Source: Felis catus
Lineage: Eukaryota
Direction: 5' to 3'
Assembly: GCF_018350175.1 (NCBI RefSeq)
Contig: NC_058368.1
Coordinates: 200,200,001 to 200,264,000, forward strand
DNA length: 64,000 bases
Shown here: positions 1-10,075 of the stretch, one piece after another
Position numbering within the stretch: the stretch's first letter is position 1
Layout: each line of letters starts with the position of its first letter
The notes under the pieces: model-generated
Database searches by the model: none
Told to the model about the DNA's origin: nothing
The model's input: only the letters and a program-made list of their open reading frames with translations
Translations under genes and position numbers: made by a program

Positions 1-19
1 TTTCAGTTTAGCTTTTCCA

Positions 20-401
20 GCTTTATTGATGTATGATTGACAAATAAAAAGCAGGTATATTTAGATTACACAGCATGATTTTTAATAGGTGTATAATCTG
101 AAGATTTAATATATGTACACATTGTGAAATGATTACCACAATCAAGTTAATTAACATTTCTATTACCTCGCATAGTTACATAGTTAACACTTTTTCTTTC
201 TTCCTTCCTTCCTTCCTTCCTTCCTTCCTTCCTTCCTTCCTTCCTTCCTTCCTTCCTTCCTTCCTTCTTTGCTGTTGATAACACTTGAGATCTACTCTCT
301 TGGAAAATTTTAAGTATATTATACAGTAATATACTATTATTAACTATAATCACCATGCTGTATATTAGATTCTCACAACTAATTCATCTTATAACTGAAA
401 G
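20..401 (-). mobile_element. Old L1 3' end fragment (L1MA8/9-like)
   Basis: Antisense L1MA 3'UTR motifs: TGTGAAATGATTACCACAATCAAG, TAGTTAC, AGATCTACTCTCTT, CACCATGCTGTATATTAGAT, CATCTTATAACTGAAAG. Confidence 0.75.
199..267. repeat. (TTCC)n microsatellite
   Basis: About 17 TTCC units inside the L1 3' end; source of the 'KEGR' repeat ORF. Confidence 0.97.
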
Positions 402-1964
402 ATATAGCTTCCTATAATGACATTATTTCTTACATGTCTTTTGTTTATTTTGTTTTGCAAACATTTCTGTGACTGTAAACCATACAGATTTAACAGACTA
501 TCAGACAAGTGTTTATAATTTCACACTGCTTTATTCTTACAGATTATACCAATTATTGGAGAAAGTTAAATTTTCCCAGGTGGCATTATATTTCACCTTT
601 AAGATGAGCTACAATTAATCTATAAATATCTGTTTTCCTTTTTCTCTTTGCTATTTATCAAGGAAGCATAGATTTAATCAGAATTATAGGCATTATTAAT
701 GCTTATGCTTATAATTATTAAATTAAAGCAGAAACTTAGCACTAAGTATATAATAATTTGTATTTGAAATAATAAAACTCTATGAAATGAAATGCAAATA
801 TTTAGGTAGGTATATTTTATTCAATCTATTTATAAAGACATCCTTATGTTTTAATGAAAATTCTGAATTAATAACTCTTTTAGAATAAAAGTAAGATTTT
901 AGAATATATAAACTTTCATAGTATCTCAGGACATTTTATTATCTTCATATTCCCCAATTCTCTTAAGCAGTGTTAAGACATTTCAGAAGGGCAACTGTAC
1001 TCTATTTGCTTTCATTTGAAAACAAGAAGAAACAACAACAAAATAATAAAGCCATCACTGTGAAGGATGGGGAAAAGATATTTCTAAATATTAAAAACCA
1101 TATATCATAAGTCTGGTAAGGCTAGAAACAGTCCCTGTAAAGTTGCCACACTGGGAATTACATCCTACTAGATCCAGAAATTCATGTGAGTACAGCTCAC
1201 TATAACACAAGTGCTATTATAATGTTACAGCGGAAAATCGACTTTCTCCTGCCCAAGGCTGTCATAAGTGCTTAAACCTTTGAACAGAGTGACAGTTTTA
1301 AACCCCTTAAGGAAACTAGAATTGATAGTAAAATAGCTGATGGCTACCTCCCCACCCTGGCCTTTGATTCTTACCTTCCTATTATGCTAACCCCTTCAGC
1401 ATGACTGAAGAGAAACCAAGCATATGCTACACAGTGTGATCAAGTGGTAGTCCTTTAGAAACTCTGTGTAGAAAGTTACAGACTAATGTTAAGCTTTCTT
1501 TCACTCTTCCATTGGCACCAAATAGACATACTCCTAGTCCAAACTTGGAATTTGTCCAGATAAAAAAAAACCTGTAATGCTATCCAATATGGCAAATGTC
1601 ACCCTTATTCTGCATTCTCTTCTCTATAAAGGAAATATTTCATCCTTGATAAGAAATGTTACAGAAAATTAAAAATCTGATCATTTTATCCTTTGTTAAA
1701 TGTTGGCAAAAAATTTTAAATGTTTTGATTGACACACTGTAGAGAGTTATAATGTATATATGAAACTTTCTAAAATCCTATTTTTGAATTAAGTTATATT
1801 TTAGAATTTGCATGGCTTCAATTCACTAGTATGTTAACATTGGTGTAGTTCAGCCAAATAAACTTCATATAACTGGAAATGGCCTTCTTGGCCTTCACCC
1901 AGTACTGAATGGAATTTATTTGCTTAGAAATTAGTTATTCAGATCATGTTGCACAATTGGCTAT

Positions 1965-2379
1965 TATATCAGAAGAGGCTATACCATGTTGTTGTCTTAA
2001 GACAAGCCCCCGAATCTAAGTAGCTTAACATGGCAGGTGAGTTCTTATTCATGCAAAGTTTGCTATCAGACCAGGTGACCATCCAGAGCAGCTCATTACT
2101 CATTCTGAAGGCTCCTTTCTCTGGCTCCCCACACCCACCTTTCCCTAGATATACAAGTGTAGTGAATCACTCTGAATCCATGGTCTTCTTAGTCCATGCA
2201 TCAGAAGAGTCAGCAGGGTGATCTTGCGTCTGCTTTTCTATGCTTTAGCTTGGAATTCATGTCACTTCCACCCACAGCCTATTTCCCAGACCTAGTCTAG
2301 TTACCTTGTTTAACTGCAAGTTGGTTGAGAAATGCCTGTAAAGGCAGGAGAACTGGATAGAGTACTGAATGACACCACG
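1965..2379 (-). mobile_element. MaLR LTR (MLT1I/J-like), old
   Basis: Degenerate MLT1 antisense motifs: CCCCGAATCTAAGTAGCTTAAC, CATGTCACTTCCACCCACAGCCTATT, TTTAACTGCAAG, GAGAACTGGATA...ACCAC. Confidence 0.6.
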
Positions 2380-2451
2380 GATGAAAGAAGTGTCCTCAAA
2401 GAGGGTGCAAAAGAAACTATCCTTCCAAGATCCAGAGTCATTCTCAAAGTT

Positions 2452-2454
<3 letters not shown>

Positions 2455-2483
<29 letters not shown>
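2455..2483. repeat. poly(A) run (~29 nt)
   Basis: Direct observation; lies inside the ERV leader. Confidence 0.95.
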
Positions 2484-2485
<2 letters not shown>

Positions 2486-2943
2486 CTTAAACAGTTTTCC
2501 CCGAGAGCTAGCAACAGTCCGTAGGACCCTAGTCACAAACGGAGCGCAACCCCCATTTCTGTCTGGCAATAATTTTGTACCGCCAACCTCACAGTTAAGC
2601 TCCCTGGGGAGGCAAGAACCGGCAAATTGCATGCCCCAGGCAGGCACAAAGCCAAGGTCTCAGACGCAAAATAAGGCAAATAAGAAGGCAACAGCTGTCT
2701 CTAAGAAGTTACTGATAACAAATGGGCACCTGAAAGCCAAATTCACAAGAGTCTGGATTTGGAGAGGAAGGGACAACATGAAATTTTTATCTTATAAATC
2801 CCCTACTGGCTGCCACCCATTGTTGACTCCCTATATAACCACACTGGAACATTTCCAGGACCCCAGAACCTTTTTGGGAATTTTAATAAACCCCTGCAAC
2901 CTTACCGAAACGCCAGAACCTTTCTGGGAACTATGTATATAGG

Positions 2944-2992
2944 TATCATATCATATCATATCATATCATATCATATCATATCATATCATATC
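2944..2992. repeat. (TATCA)n pentanucleotide microsatellite
   Basis: About 10 perfect units inside the ERV leader. Confidence 0.97.
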
Positions 2993-3183
2993 CATAATAT
3001 AAAGTTTGCTTATACCGGAGAGCAGCACGCAAGAGCGGAGCCCAAATCCGAGTGACTTACCCACAGCCCTGGGGAAGGACGAGAGGAGCGTGAACACGAA
3101 GGATTCAGCAGGTGCCTTGCCTGTGCGTCTGATTGCTTCACAGGTCAAGAAGTCAGCTTTAGAATCCATTAGTCACCAAAAAC

Positions 3184-3562
3184 TGTTAACAGAGGATTTA
3201 AAAAATATATAATATTAGGTGGTACAAACAAAGTTTGTTTACCACTTCATGAAGCAGGCAGTCTCCTGTGGAGAACCGCAAAATGGGGCAGAAGGTAGAC
3301 AACTCTTATAGGGTAAAGAATAAAAAAACGGTGAAGAGATACACGGAAACTGAAACTATCTCATTGGCTGGAGCCTGAGAACCACCTTGTGCGGGTGAGA
3401 AGGCCCAGCGTTGGCTTGGTGTTTGGGGATTGGCTAACTGAATAGACCGCATTTCTGGTCAAGTGGAGCATTTACAGGGGCGCGAAGTCACGTAGGTTTC
3501 TGTTTCTGACGTGACACCCGTCAGGAGCGGCTCCGACTTGGGTTTAGAAAGTTACTTTAACA
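3184..3562 (-). mobile_element. ERV1 LTR, 379 bp
   Basis: TGTTAA...TTAACA terminal inverted repeat. On the minus strand it has two CCAAT boxes, then a TATAAG box, then a PBS-like TGG just outside the 3' end. Confidence 0.8.
3303..3516 (-). promoter_or_regulatory. LTR U3 promoter motif cluster (CRE/E-box-like x2, CCAAT x2, TATA)
   Basis: Plus-strand TGACGTGAC (3507-3515), GTCACGTAG (3487-3495), ATTGGCT at ~3429 and ~3363, and CTTATAGGG at ~3305-3313. Activity is inferred only. Confidence 0.5.
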
Positions 3563-3940
3563 GACGCGTCCATAAACGGGTGCAACCCACATTTCTGTCC
3601 GGCCACATCAAGCTGCAAATGGGGTGCAACCCACCTTTCTGTCCGCTGTATTTTTGTGTCCCAGCAGACAGCAGAGCTGCCTGAATTTGCAAAAACGACG
3701 ACAGAGTGCTTCGGGCGGCAGAAAGGCAAGCCGGAGTCTCAGAGACAAATGGAGACAAACAAGAAGGCATTATGTGTTGGAGGGAGAGAAAAGGATAGAT
3801 GACCAATAAAGGACAACGAGACATTTTACCTTCCTTTCTCAACCAGGCTCTACAGTAATCCGGGGGAACTGACTCAGGTAAGAATTCTCGCCCTCCTTTG
3901 GCTTCCGCCAGATTTCCCAGAATCCTGTCTGAAGGGTCGT
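3563..3940 (-). mobile_element. Second, diverged ERV1 leader-like segment
   Basis: GTGCAACCCACATTTCTGTCCG (3580) and GTGCAACCCACCTTTCTGTCCG (3624) resemble GCGCAACCCCCATTTCTGTCTG (2544). GTCTCAGA...AAT...CAAA.AAGAAGGCA occurs at both ~2657-2690 and ~3736-3769. Confidence 0.65.
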
Positions 3941-3947
3941 GAGTGAG

Positions 3948-4740
3948 TGGGTTTAAAGTAGAGAGTGTAGTGCTGGTATCTACCAGAATTTGGCGACGTT
4001 TTTAAATTAATTTTAATTTTAGTTTTCCCTGGGCTGTTGAAGGGAATACTGCCTAGCAGTTAAACAGAGAATCCCTAGGAGTCTCCTCAATCTGGTAGGG
4101 GCCCTCCTTTGAGGGTAGAAATGGGACCATTACAGTTGGTGTGAAAGATTTTGTAGAAAACCGTCAAGGATAATCTTCTCCGACGCACAGGGTGTTGGTT
4201 GATTGCAAAGGAGGTGTCAGTTTCTGGGCCAGTGTTTTGATGATCGACCTCTGGGAGGGTGCAATGGGGGCGGCCCAGGTGTTTTAGGCTTCTGACCTTG
4301 GAGATTGTGCATTGTAAGGCCACTAACTTGGTGGACTTTTTGTTTATTGTCCTGTGGCCTCTTCAGAGTGGAAAGGCAATTCAAATAGAGAATTAATAGA
4401 CTTGACTGTGAGTACACGCTCAAGGAGGGTAGAGGGGACTAGTAGGAGTCGTGTCATTCTGACGGTCTTTTGTTGTAGGTGCTTCTTGTGTGTCTTGGAT
4501 TTTTCACTAGGCTTTTGCAATGAATCTTGCAATGAAGCTATTTTGGAATCTCGAAACCTTTTGGAGACTTGTGCATACCAATTAAACTAGGTATCACATT
4601 TTGTTTGTTTGATTGGGAACCCTTGTTTTTAGCCTAACAGCCATTGGAAAGGACAGAATGGATTTGGAGTGCCCCTCAAAACTACATACTGAGACAACTA
4701 TCACTGTTAGACCCATCTGGTAGCAACCTGGAAAAACTCA
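3948..4740 (-). pseudogene. Decayed, internally deleted ERV1 gag and protease remnant
   Basis: Minus strand 3992-3948 translates QILVDTSTTLSTLNP, matching the retroviral aspartyl protease LVDTGA..S motif (mutated). It is preceded by ...GGPLPD*GDS (stop at 4087), resembling a gag-pro junction. 4586-4344 reads FNWYAQVSKRFRDSKIASLQDSLQKPSEK..., resembling the N-terminal gag of MER4-group ERV1. The capsid region appears absent. Confidence 0.7.
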
Positions 4741-4869
4741 TTTTCTGATACTTTCTTTATTTGAGTGGACTCAGAATTTACTCAGTAAGAATTCCTATGC
4801 TTTATCCACCCTAGGAGGTAAACTTTCAAACTTTGGGTGTGTGTATGTGGGTGAGGGAAGATTAACAAA

Positions 4870-6296
4870 GAGGGAGGCAGGGAAAATCTCACAGCTGCAG
4901 AGGGTTGAAAAATCTGAGATTTTACCTGCTTTTTAGATTTACATATCTAATGCCCATTATTTAGCCTAGCCTTCAACCCTACTTTGCTGACAATTTCTGA
5001 GTTTCTAGGGGCTCTACAGTACAAAAGGGTTGCCTCTGGGTTCCTCATATTGCTTGCTTAGGCATTAGGTCTTTTAAATCTGTCACAACTCATGTATAGC
5101 TTTTCTAACTTCTAAAGTATTTTTTGCTTATACCTTCTTTTATTGTCTCTTGAGAGTTAATGCCTAAAAAAAAGCCTATGGCACTTTTTAGTGTCATTCA
5201 ACATGAATTAGATTTACTTTCTGAAGTATTTTCCAATGTACCCAAGATAAAATTCACCTTTAAAAAAAACTTTTTTTTTTTTTTTTTTTTTTAATATCCA
5301 GGAACTCCTCCTTTTCTCTGATTGCTTCCTTTCCAGCCAATTGTTCTTTTTTGGATACATTATCCTTTCACATCTCTTTAAGGATATCAGTTAAACATAT
5401 TTTTAAAATTATTTTCTCCTTCTTGCATTAAATCTATTTCCTCTGGAGTAAGTGGTTTTGTTTGTTCATTTCTTTCATTTATTGCCTTTTCCTCAGACGT
5501 GATTTGTATATTTATTGTCCTTTTTTTTCTTTCCTTTTTATGTTCTTTCCACTTATTTTTTGTTTCTTAATTTCAATTTTAAAGAAAATAATGTTGGGAG
5601 GTTTGTTAGTCAAGTATTAGTTGGGAGATCTGTTTACCTAAAATATCTTTCTACCAAAGAGGAGGTAGAATCTGTGAAGTGCATGGTTACTGTTGCTAGT
5701 AAAGCAGAGGCAGGCTAGTTCAAAGTAAGGATGCCTTGTCTTGGGTTAAAGTACCTAACAGATTTCCTCTTCTAATTGGGTATGTTTTCCCTTTTATTCC
5801 TCTGGGTACATTGCAGAAGTCTTAAGTTATCTTAGGCTCTACTTTGTCTCTCTTATCAGCCAAACCCACAGTGAGATCATTGCTTCTTATTTCCTACTAG
5901 GAATAAATACTGCAGTCAGTTTCTCTATTAGCAGAAGAGAATGAGTGCCTAACCTAGCCCTTCTCTAAACATTTCTCTAATTAACTACCATCATTGATGC
6001 CCAACAATGAATTTTTTGCACCATACTTGCCAATTTAAGATGTAAATATTTTCTAGGTCAGTCCAGGTTAGAACCTACTTATGGAGAAGTCTTCTGCCAA
6101 GCATGGCCCCTAACATTGTTTCCTTTATTCTGTGTTACTTCTAAACAGAAGTGGAATGATTACTTTCAACCATTCAGAAATACCTAAAAATTTCTGGTCT
6201 GCTGGTTTTTAAAAATCATTTTACTTCCATTTGATGAGATATTGGGAGGGAAGTGAAGCAAACTTATACCCTCAAGCCTCCATCATGAACCAGAAA
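4870..6296 (-). mobile_element. Very old L1ME/HAL1-like 5' fragments
   Basis: T-rich degenerate sequence ending in CCTCCATCATGAACCAGAA, similar to antisense L1ME/HAL1 5' termini. Confidence 0.45.
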
Positions 6297-6329
6297 TTAT
6301 CTCTTCTTTTATTTATTTTGAAAATACTA

Positions 6330-6590
6330 TTTATCCTTGAGATTACAGCTCAAATGACATTTCCTCTGTGAACTGTTCCCTGAACTCTTGAAGCAGAATT
6401 AGTGGTTCTATCTCTGTTGCTGTACAATTTGGTTTACATTCTGTTAAAGCACTTGCCACTTGGCCTAGTAATTTATCTCCATTTATTTTATTTATTCACT
6501 TGAGAATTTTTCAAGGTAGAGACTATGCTGTATTCATTTCTAAATACTCAATGCCTAATACCATGCTAGTGTATTATTTATAAAATGAAT
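6330..6590 (+). mobile_element. L2 3' fragment
   Basis: CTCAAATGACATTTCCTCTGTGAA...AAGGTAGAGACTATG...AATGCCTAATAC motifs. Confidence 0.6.
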
Positions 6591-6828
6591 CCATGACAAA
6601 CAAGTCTCCCAAATCCTGGGCCTTAAACTTCTTCCTAAAATAGACAAAGCTCATATAAATAATTTCTTTGATCTCTAGAAATTCTGTATAGCTTTTGAAA
6701 GCTTATTCAGCATATGAATGCCTAGAAAGCTATTTAATAATTCTAACAAAGTGGGAGTGTGTGTGTATACGTGTGTGTGCATGCTTTTACCTTTAAAATA
6801 CATCTACCATGTGGAAAGTTAAATTTCT

Positions 6829-7054
6829 TTTTTAAAAATTTTTAATGTTGTTATTCATTTTTGAGAGACAGAGAGACTGTGGGGGAGTTAGTGGGGGAGG
6901 GGCAAAGAGAGAAAGGGAGATACAGAATCTGAAGCAAGCTCCAGGCTCTGAGCTGTCAGCACAGAGCCCTATGTGGGTCTCAAACCTACCAACTATGAGA
7001 TCATGACCTGAGCTGAAGTCGGACACTTAACTGACTGAGCCACCCAGGCACCGA
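6829..7054 (-). mobile_element. Can-SINE (SINEC_Fc2-like)
   Basis: Antisense SINE body; 17-bp TSD TGGAAAGTTAAATTTCT at 6812-6828 and 7055-7071. Confidence 0.95.
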
Positions 7055-7086
7055 TGGAAAGTTAAATTTCTAATTGGACAATATAC

Positions 7087-7116
7087 ATGTGTGTGTGCGT
7101 GTGTGTGTGTGTGTGT
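7087..7116. repeat. (TG)n microsatellite
   Basis: Imperfect TG run. Confidence 0.9.
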
Positions 7117-8539
7117 ATAGGACATATATATAGTTGGACAATATATATGTTTCAACACAGTTATAGCAGAACAGTAAAATACACAATTTTCATGATTGTG
7201 AAAAATCACTCTGAGAAGCTTTTTCTTGTTTATGTGCATATTTTCTAGGCTTTGAATCTATTTTATGCTTTTTTATTAATATTTCAATGATAAAAATGGA
7301 ATTAAAATTCTAAAGATAATTAAATTAGCCATAAATCAAGTATAGCTCTAGTCCTATGCTCAAAAATGCTAATATCAACTCTACATGTTATTTTTGTACA
7401 TGAACGTACCTGTTATCTAAACTGATTTGTAAAGCTAAAGAGACTTCTTCTATATAAATAACCTAGAAAAGTTTTCATTTTCTTACTATTCATAAAAAAA
7501 GTTTATAACAACCTTGCTCCAATTTTTAACTAGATAGTATATTAAATCACTTTCTCCAGTCCCTCATTTGATAGTATGTTTAAAGTGGAATGGCTTTAGA
7601 TAAATCATATAATTTATGATCAGGCTAGTGAAAGTTTTAAAATTTATTTATAAAAGTTGAATACATTCTGAATAGGTAGGTATTACAAAAAACTTCAGCT
7701 TTCAAATTTATGAATACATCCGAACTTTTCTCTCCAAAGCTCTTAATAGACCTTCTGATGCTTTTTAACTTGTACAGGACTTGATGTGCATTTGAATGTC
7801 CTCCATTCCGAACTGTAGATAAATGAAACGTCTCTTGAATGGTGGATGATATACTGATCACCTTCCCACCAACTCCAAGGAATTACCTTGGGTAAGGGCT
7901 ATGAGGTAAATCAGAGCCTGGACACATGATCCCAAAGAGCCCAAATCAGAGCTCAAATCAGAATCTAATGACTCTGTATAGAATCTATACAGAACCCTTT
8001 ATAAGGCACGTTCTGATAATGGGATAATGTTTATTGCCCATTTCCCAGTAGAGGTTTTGTTTTTGTTGTTTGTTTGGGGCATTATCATGCCTCTCCTGAT
8101 TTATCATCCCATGGACGAATAATCTGAAATCTCAGATTTGGTGTTTTTGTAATCTCATCTGTATTTGCTAAACTCTTTTTGTGTAAGTAGGAACAAACCA
8201 TAACAATGTAGGCTCTTCATCTTTCACACTCAATGATCAGCAACTTCGTGACTAAGGAAACCAAGGAGAGTGTAGGATTGGATAAAATATGTTCTCCTAG
8301 TCACTAAGTAATTGCTATTTTACTCACATTTTTTCTAGACTGTCAGTTTTAGGAAGTAAGTAACCATAACTATCCAATGACTATCAATTCCATGGAAGAA
8401 TGGAGAAATCAGAGGAAATATTTCTTTCTCACATTTTCAGGATACATCATTTGGCATATTTGTAATAATCATTTGGGTTCTAGTTTTCAGTTTGAGTAAT
8501 ATTAGAGGAGGACCACAGTATTATCCACAATATTATCAA

Positions 8540-8680
8540 CAATATTGTGATAACTTTATAAGGTGAAAGATGGCAACTAGAGCTATAATGTTGTGTATTT
8601 CATAATGTATACAAATGTCAAACCATTATGTTGTACACCTGAAACTAATATAGTACGTCAACTATAGTTCAATAAAGAAA
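8540..8680 (+). mobile_element. L1 3' terminal fragment (L1_Carn7-like)
   Basis: ATTATGTTGTACACCTGAAACTAATATA...GTCAACTATAGTTCAATAAAGAAAA. Confidence 0.8.
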
Positions 8681-9945
8681 ACCACTGTAAAGTTATAGTA
8701 ATTAAGTGAGGTATTGATGTAAGGGTAGATGAAGAGACTAATGGAGCAAATATGGAGCATAGAAACACACTCAAAAAATTGGGCACCTAGTTTATGCCAA
8801 AGGTGACACTGTCAGCAGAGAGGAAAGAATGGTATTTTTAAGAAATGGTGTTTGGGCACTGAATACAATACTAAATAAATATACCTTGACCTTAAACCAT
8901 ATTCAAAATCCATTCCAAATCTAAATATAAAATACTTTAAAAATAAAATGTCTAAAAGAAAGATAAAATATCTTCATGACCTTGGGAATAGGCAAATATA
9001 TATTAAAGAAGACTTAAAGTGCTAACTATAAAGGAAGTTTTGTACAGTTGGATTTTACTTATAAAATTAAGAAGGTCTTAGTAATTTATCATCACAAGAC
9101 ACAATCAAGAGAGTGAAAAACAAAGCTACCAAATTGAGGGCATATGTGAAGTATGTATTTGATGCAAAATTCATATCCACAACATATAAAGAACTCCTAA
9201 AAATCAGTAGGAATAAGGACAGAGTGGGGGAAACATGGGCAAAGAATTTGAACAGGTACTTATAAAAGAAAATGATCCATCAATATAATAAAAAAGTACT
9301 CAACATCATTAATCACCTGGAAAATATAAACCAAAACCTTAATCAAGATGCTGGTATCTACCAGAATGTCTAACATGTTCAATAAGTTCAATAAATGTTC
9401 AATAAGTATTGTTGTATCTGAAGTTAGAATTCCTATAAGCTGTTGGTAGGATTGTAAATTGATACAATAACTTTGGAGAAGTGTTTGGTTATATTTACTA
9501 AAGCTAGTATGTACGGACTTTATGATCTAATAAGTCTACTTTTAGGTATATACATTCCCCCAAAATACATTAAATGTTCATAAAAAGACACAAACAAGAA
9601 TTTTCATAGCTTATAATTCATAATTATCCTAAATTTAAAACAATCCAAATCTGTCTCCAGTAAAATGTATTTTAAGTTATATAAAGTTTATAATATGTAA
9701 GCTTATATTCAAATACAAATTAAAGTATAATAAAATTAAATTAGAATGAGGTAAAACCAATCTAAGGTGTTTACCCTTGAAGGTACAATGAGAGAAAGGA
9801 AACATGAGGGGTGTGTTTAGTCCTGGTAATGACCCATTTTGTGTTCCAGGTGCTGTTTATATTAGTATGTTCATTTTGTAAAAATTCATCAATCTATATG
9901 AGTTTGCATTTTTGTAATATGAACTTTGTACTCAATTTAAAAAAT
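8681..9945 (+). mobile_element. Old L1M (L1MC/ME-like) ORF2 3' part and 3'UTR
   Basis: AAATATCTTCATGACCTTGGGAATAGGCAAA, ATATAAAGAACTCCTA, GGGCAAAGAATTTGAACAGG, TTGGTAGGATTGTAAATTGATACA, GTAAAAATTCATCAA. Confidence 0.8.
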
Positions 9946-9959
9946 ACTTTAATAAATTT

Positions 9960-10075
9960 CTGCTACTAAATATCACACCTTTGTCCCCACACGAGGGTCC
10001 ATGATTTGTCCTTATACATCTAGGATCTGGTACAGTGTCTGATACGTAGAAAGTTTTCAATAAATATTTGTTTAA
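9960..10075 (+). mobile_element. L2 3' end fragment
   Basis: TCTGGTACAGTGTCTGATACGTAGAAAGTTTTCAATAAATATTTGTT. Confidence 0.6.

Larger units (their letters stand above)
2380..3183 (-). mobile_element. ERV1 (MER4-group-like) internal 5' leader with PBS-like site and splice donor
   Basis: On the minus strand, 5 nt after the LTR end, TGGTGACTAATGGATTC is a degenerate PBS (3178-3162). It is followed by donor GTGG|GTAAGT (3061/3060) and leader motifs GACAGAAATGGGGGTTGC and TGACTCTGGATCTTG, which I recall from MER4-group internal sequences. Confidence 0.7.

Noticed and set aside
147..356. ORF with KEGR repeats
   Set aside because: Translation of the (TTCC)n microsatellite inside an L1 3' end.
2631..3212. 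Plus-strand 68-103 aa ORFs over the ERV leader
   Set aside because: Antisense to a non-coding retroviral leader; no recognisable domain.
3184..3562. Interpretation as a solo LTR, or as enFeLV/RD-114/ERV-DC
   Set aside because: No TSD, a PBS-like site and leader follow it, and the flanking gag/pro are decayed MER4-group-like sequence. I recognise no motifs of the young feline gammaretroviruses.
7907..7965. AAATCAGA repeated three times (Gfi1-like core)
   Set aside because: Short, imperfect match to the consensus; more simply explained by local slippage.
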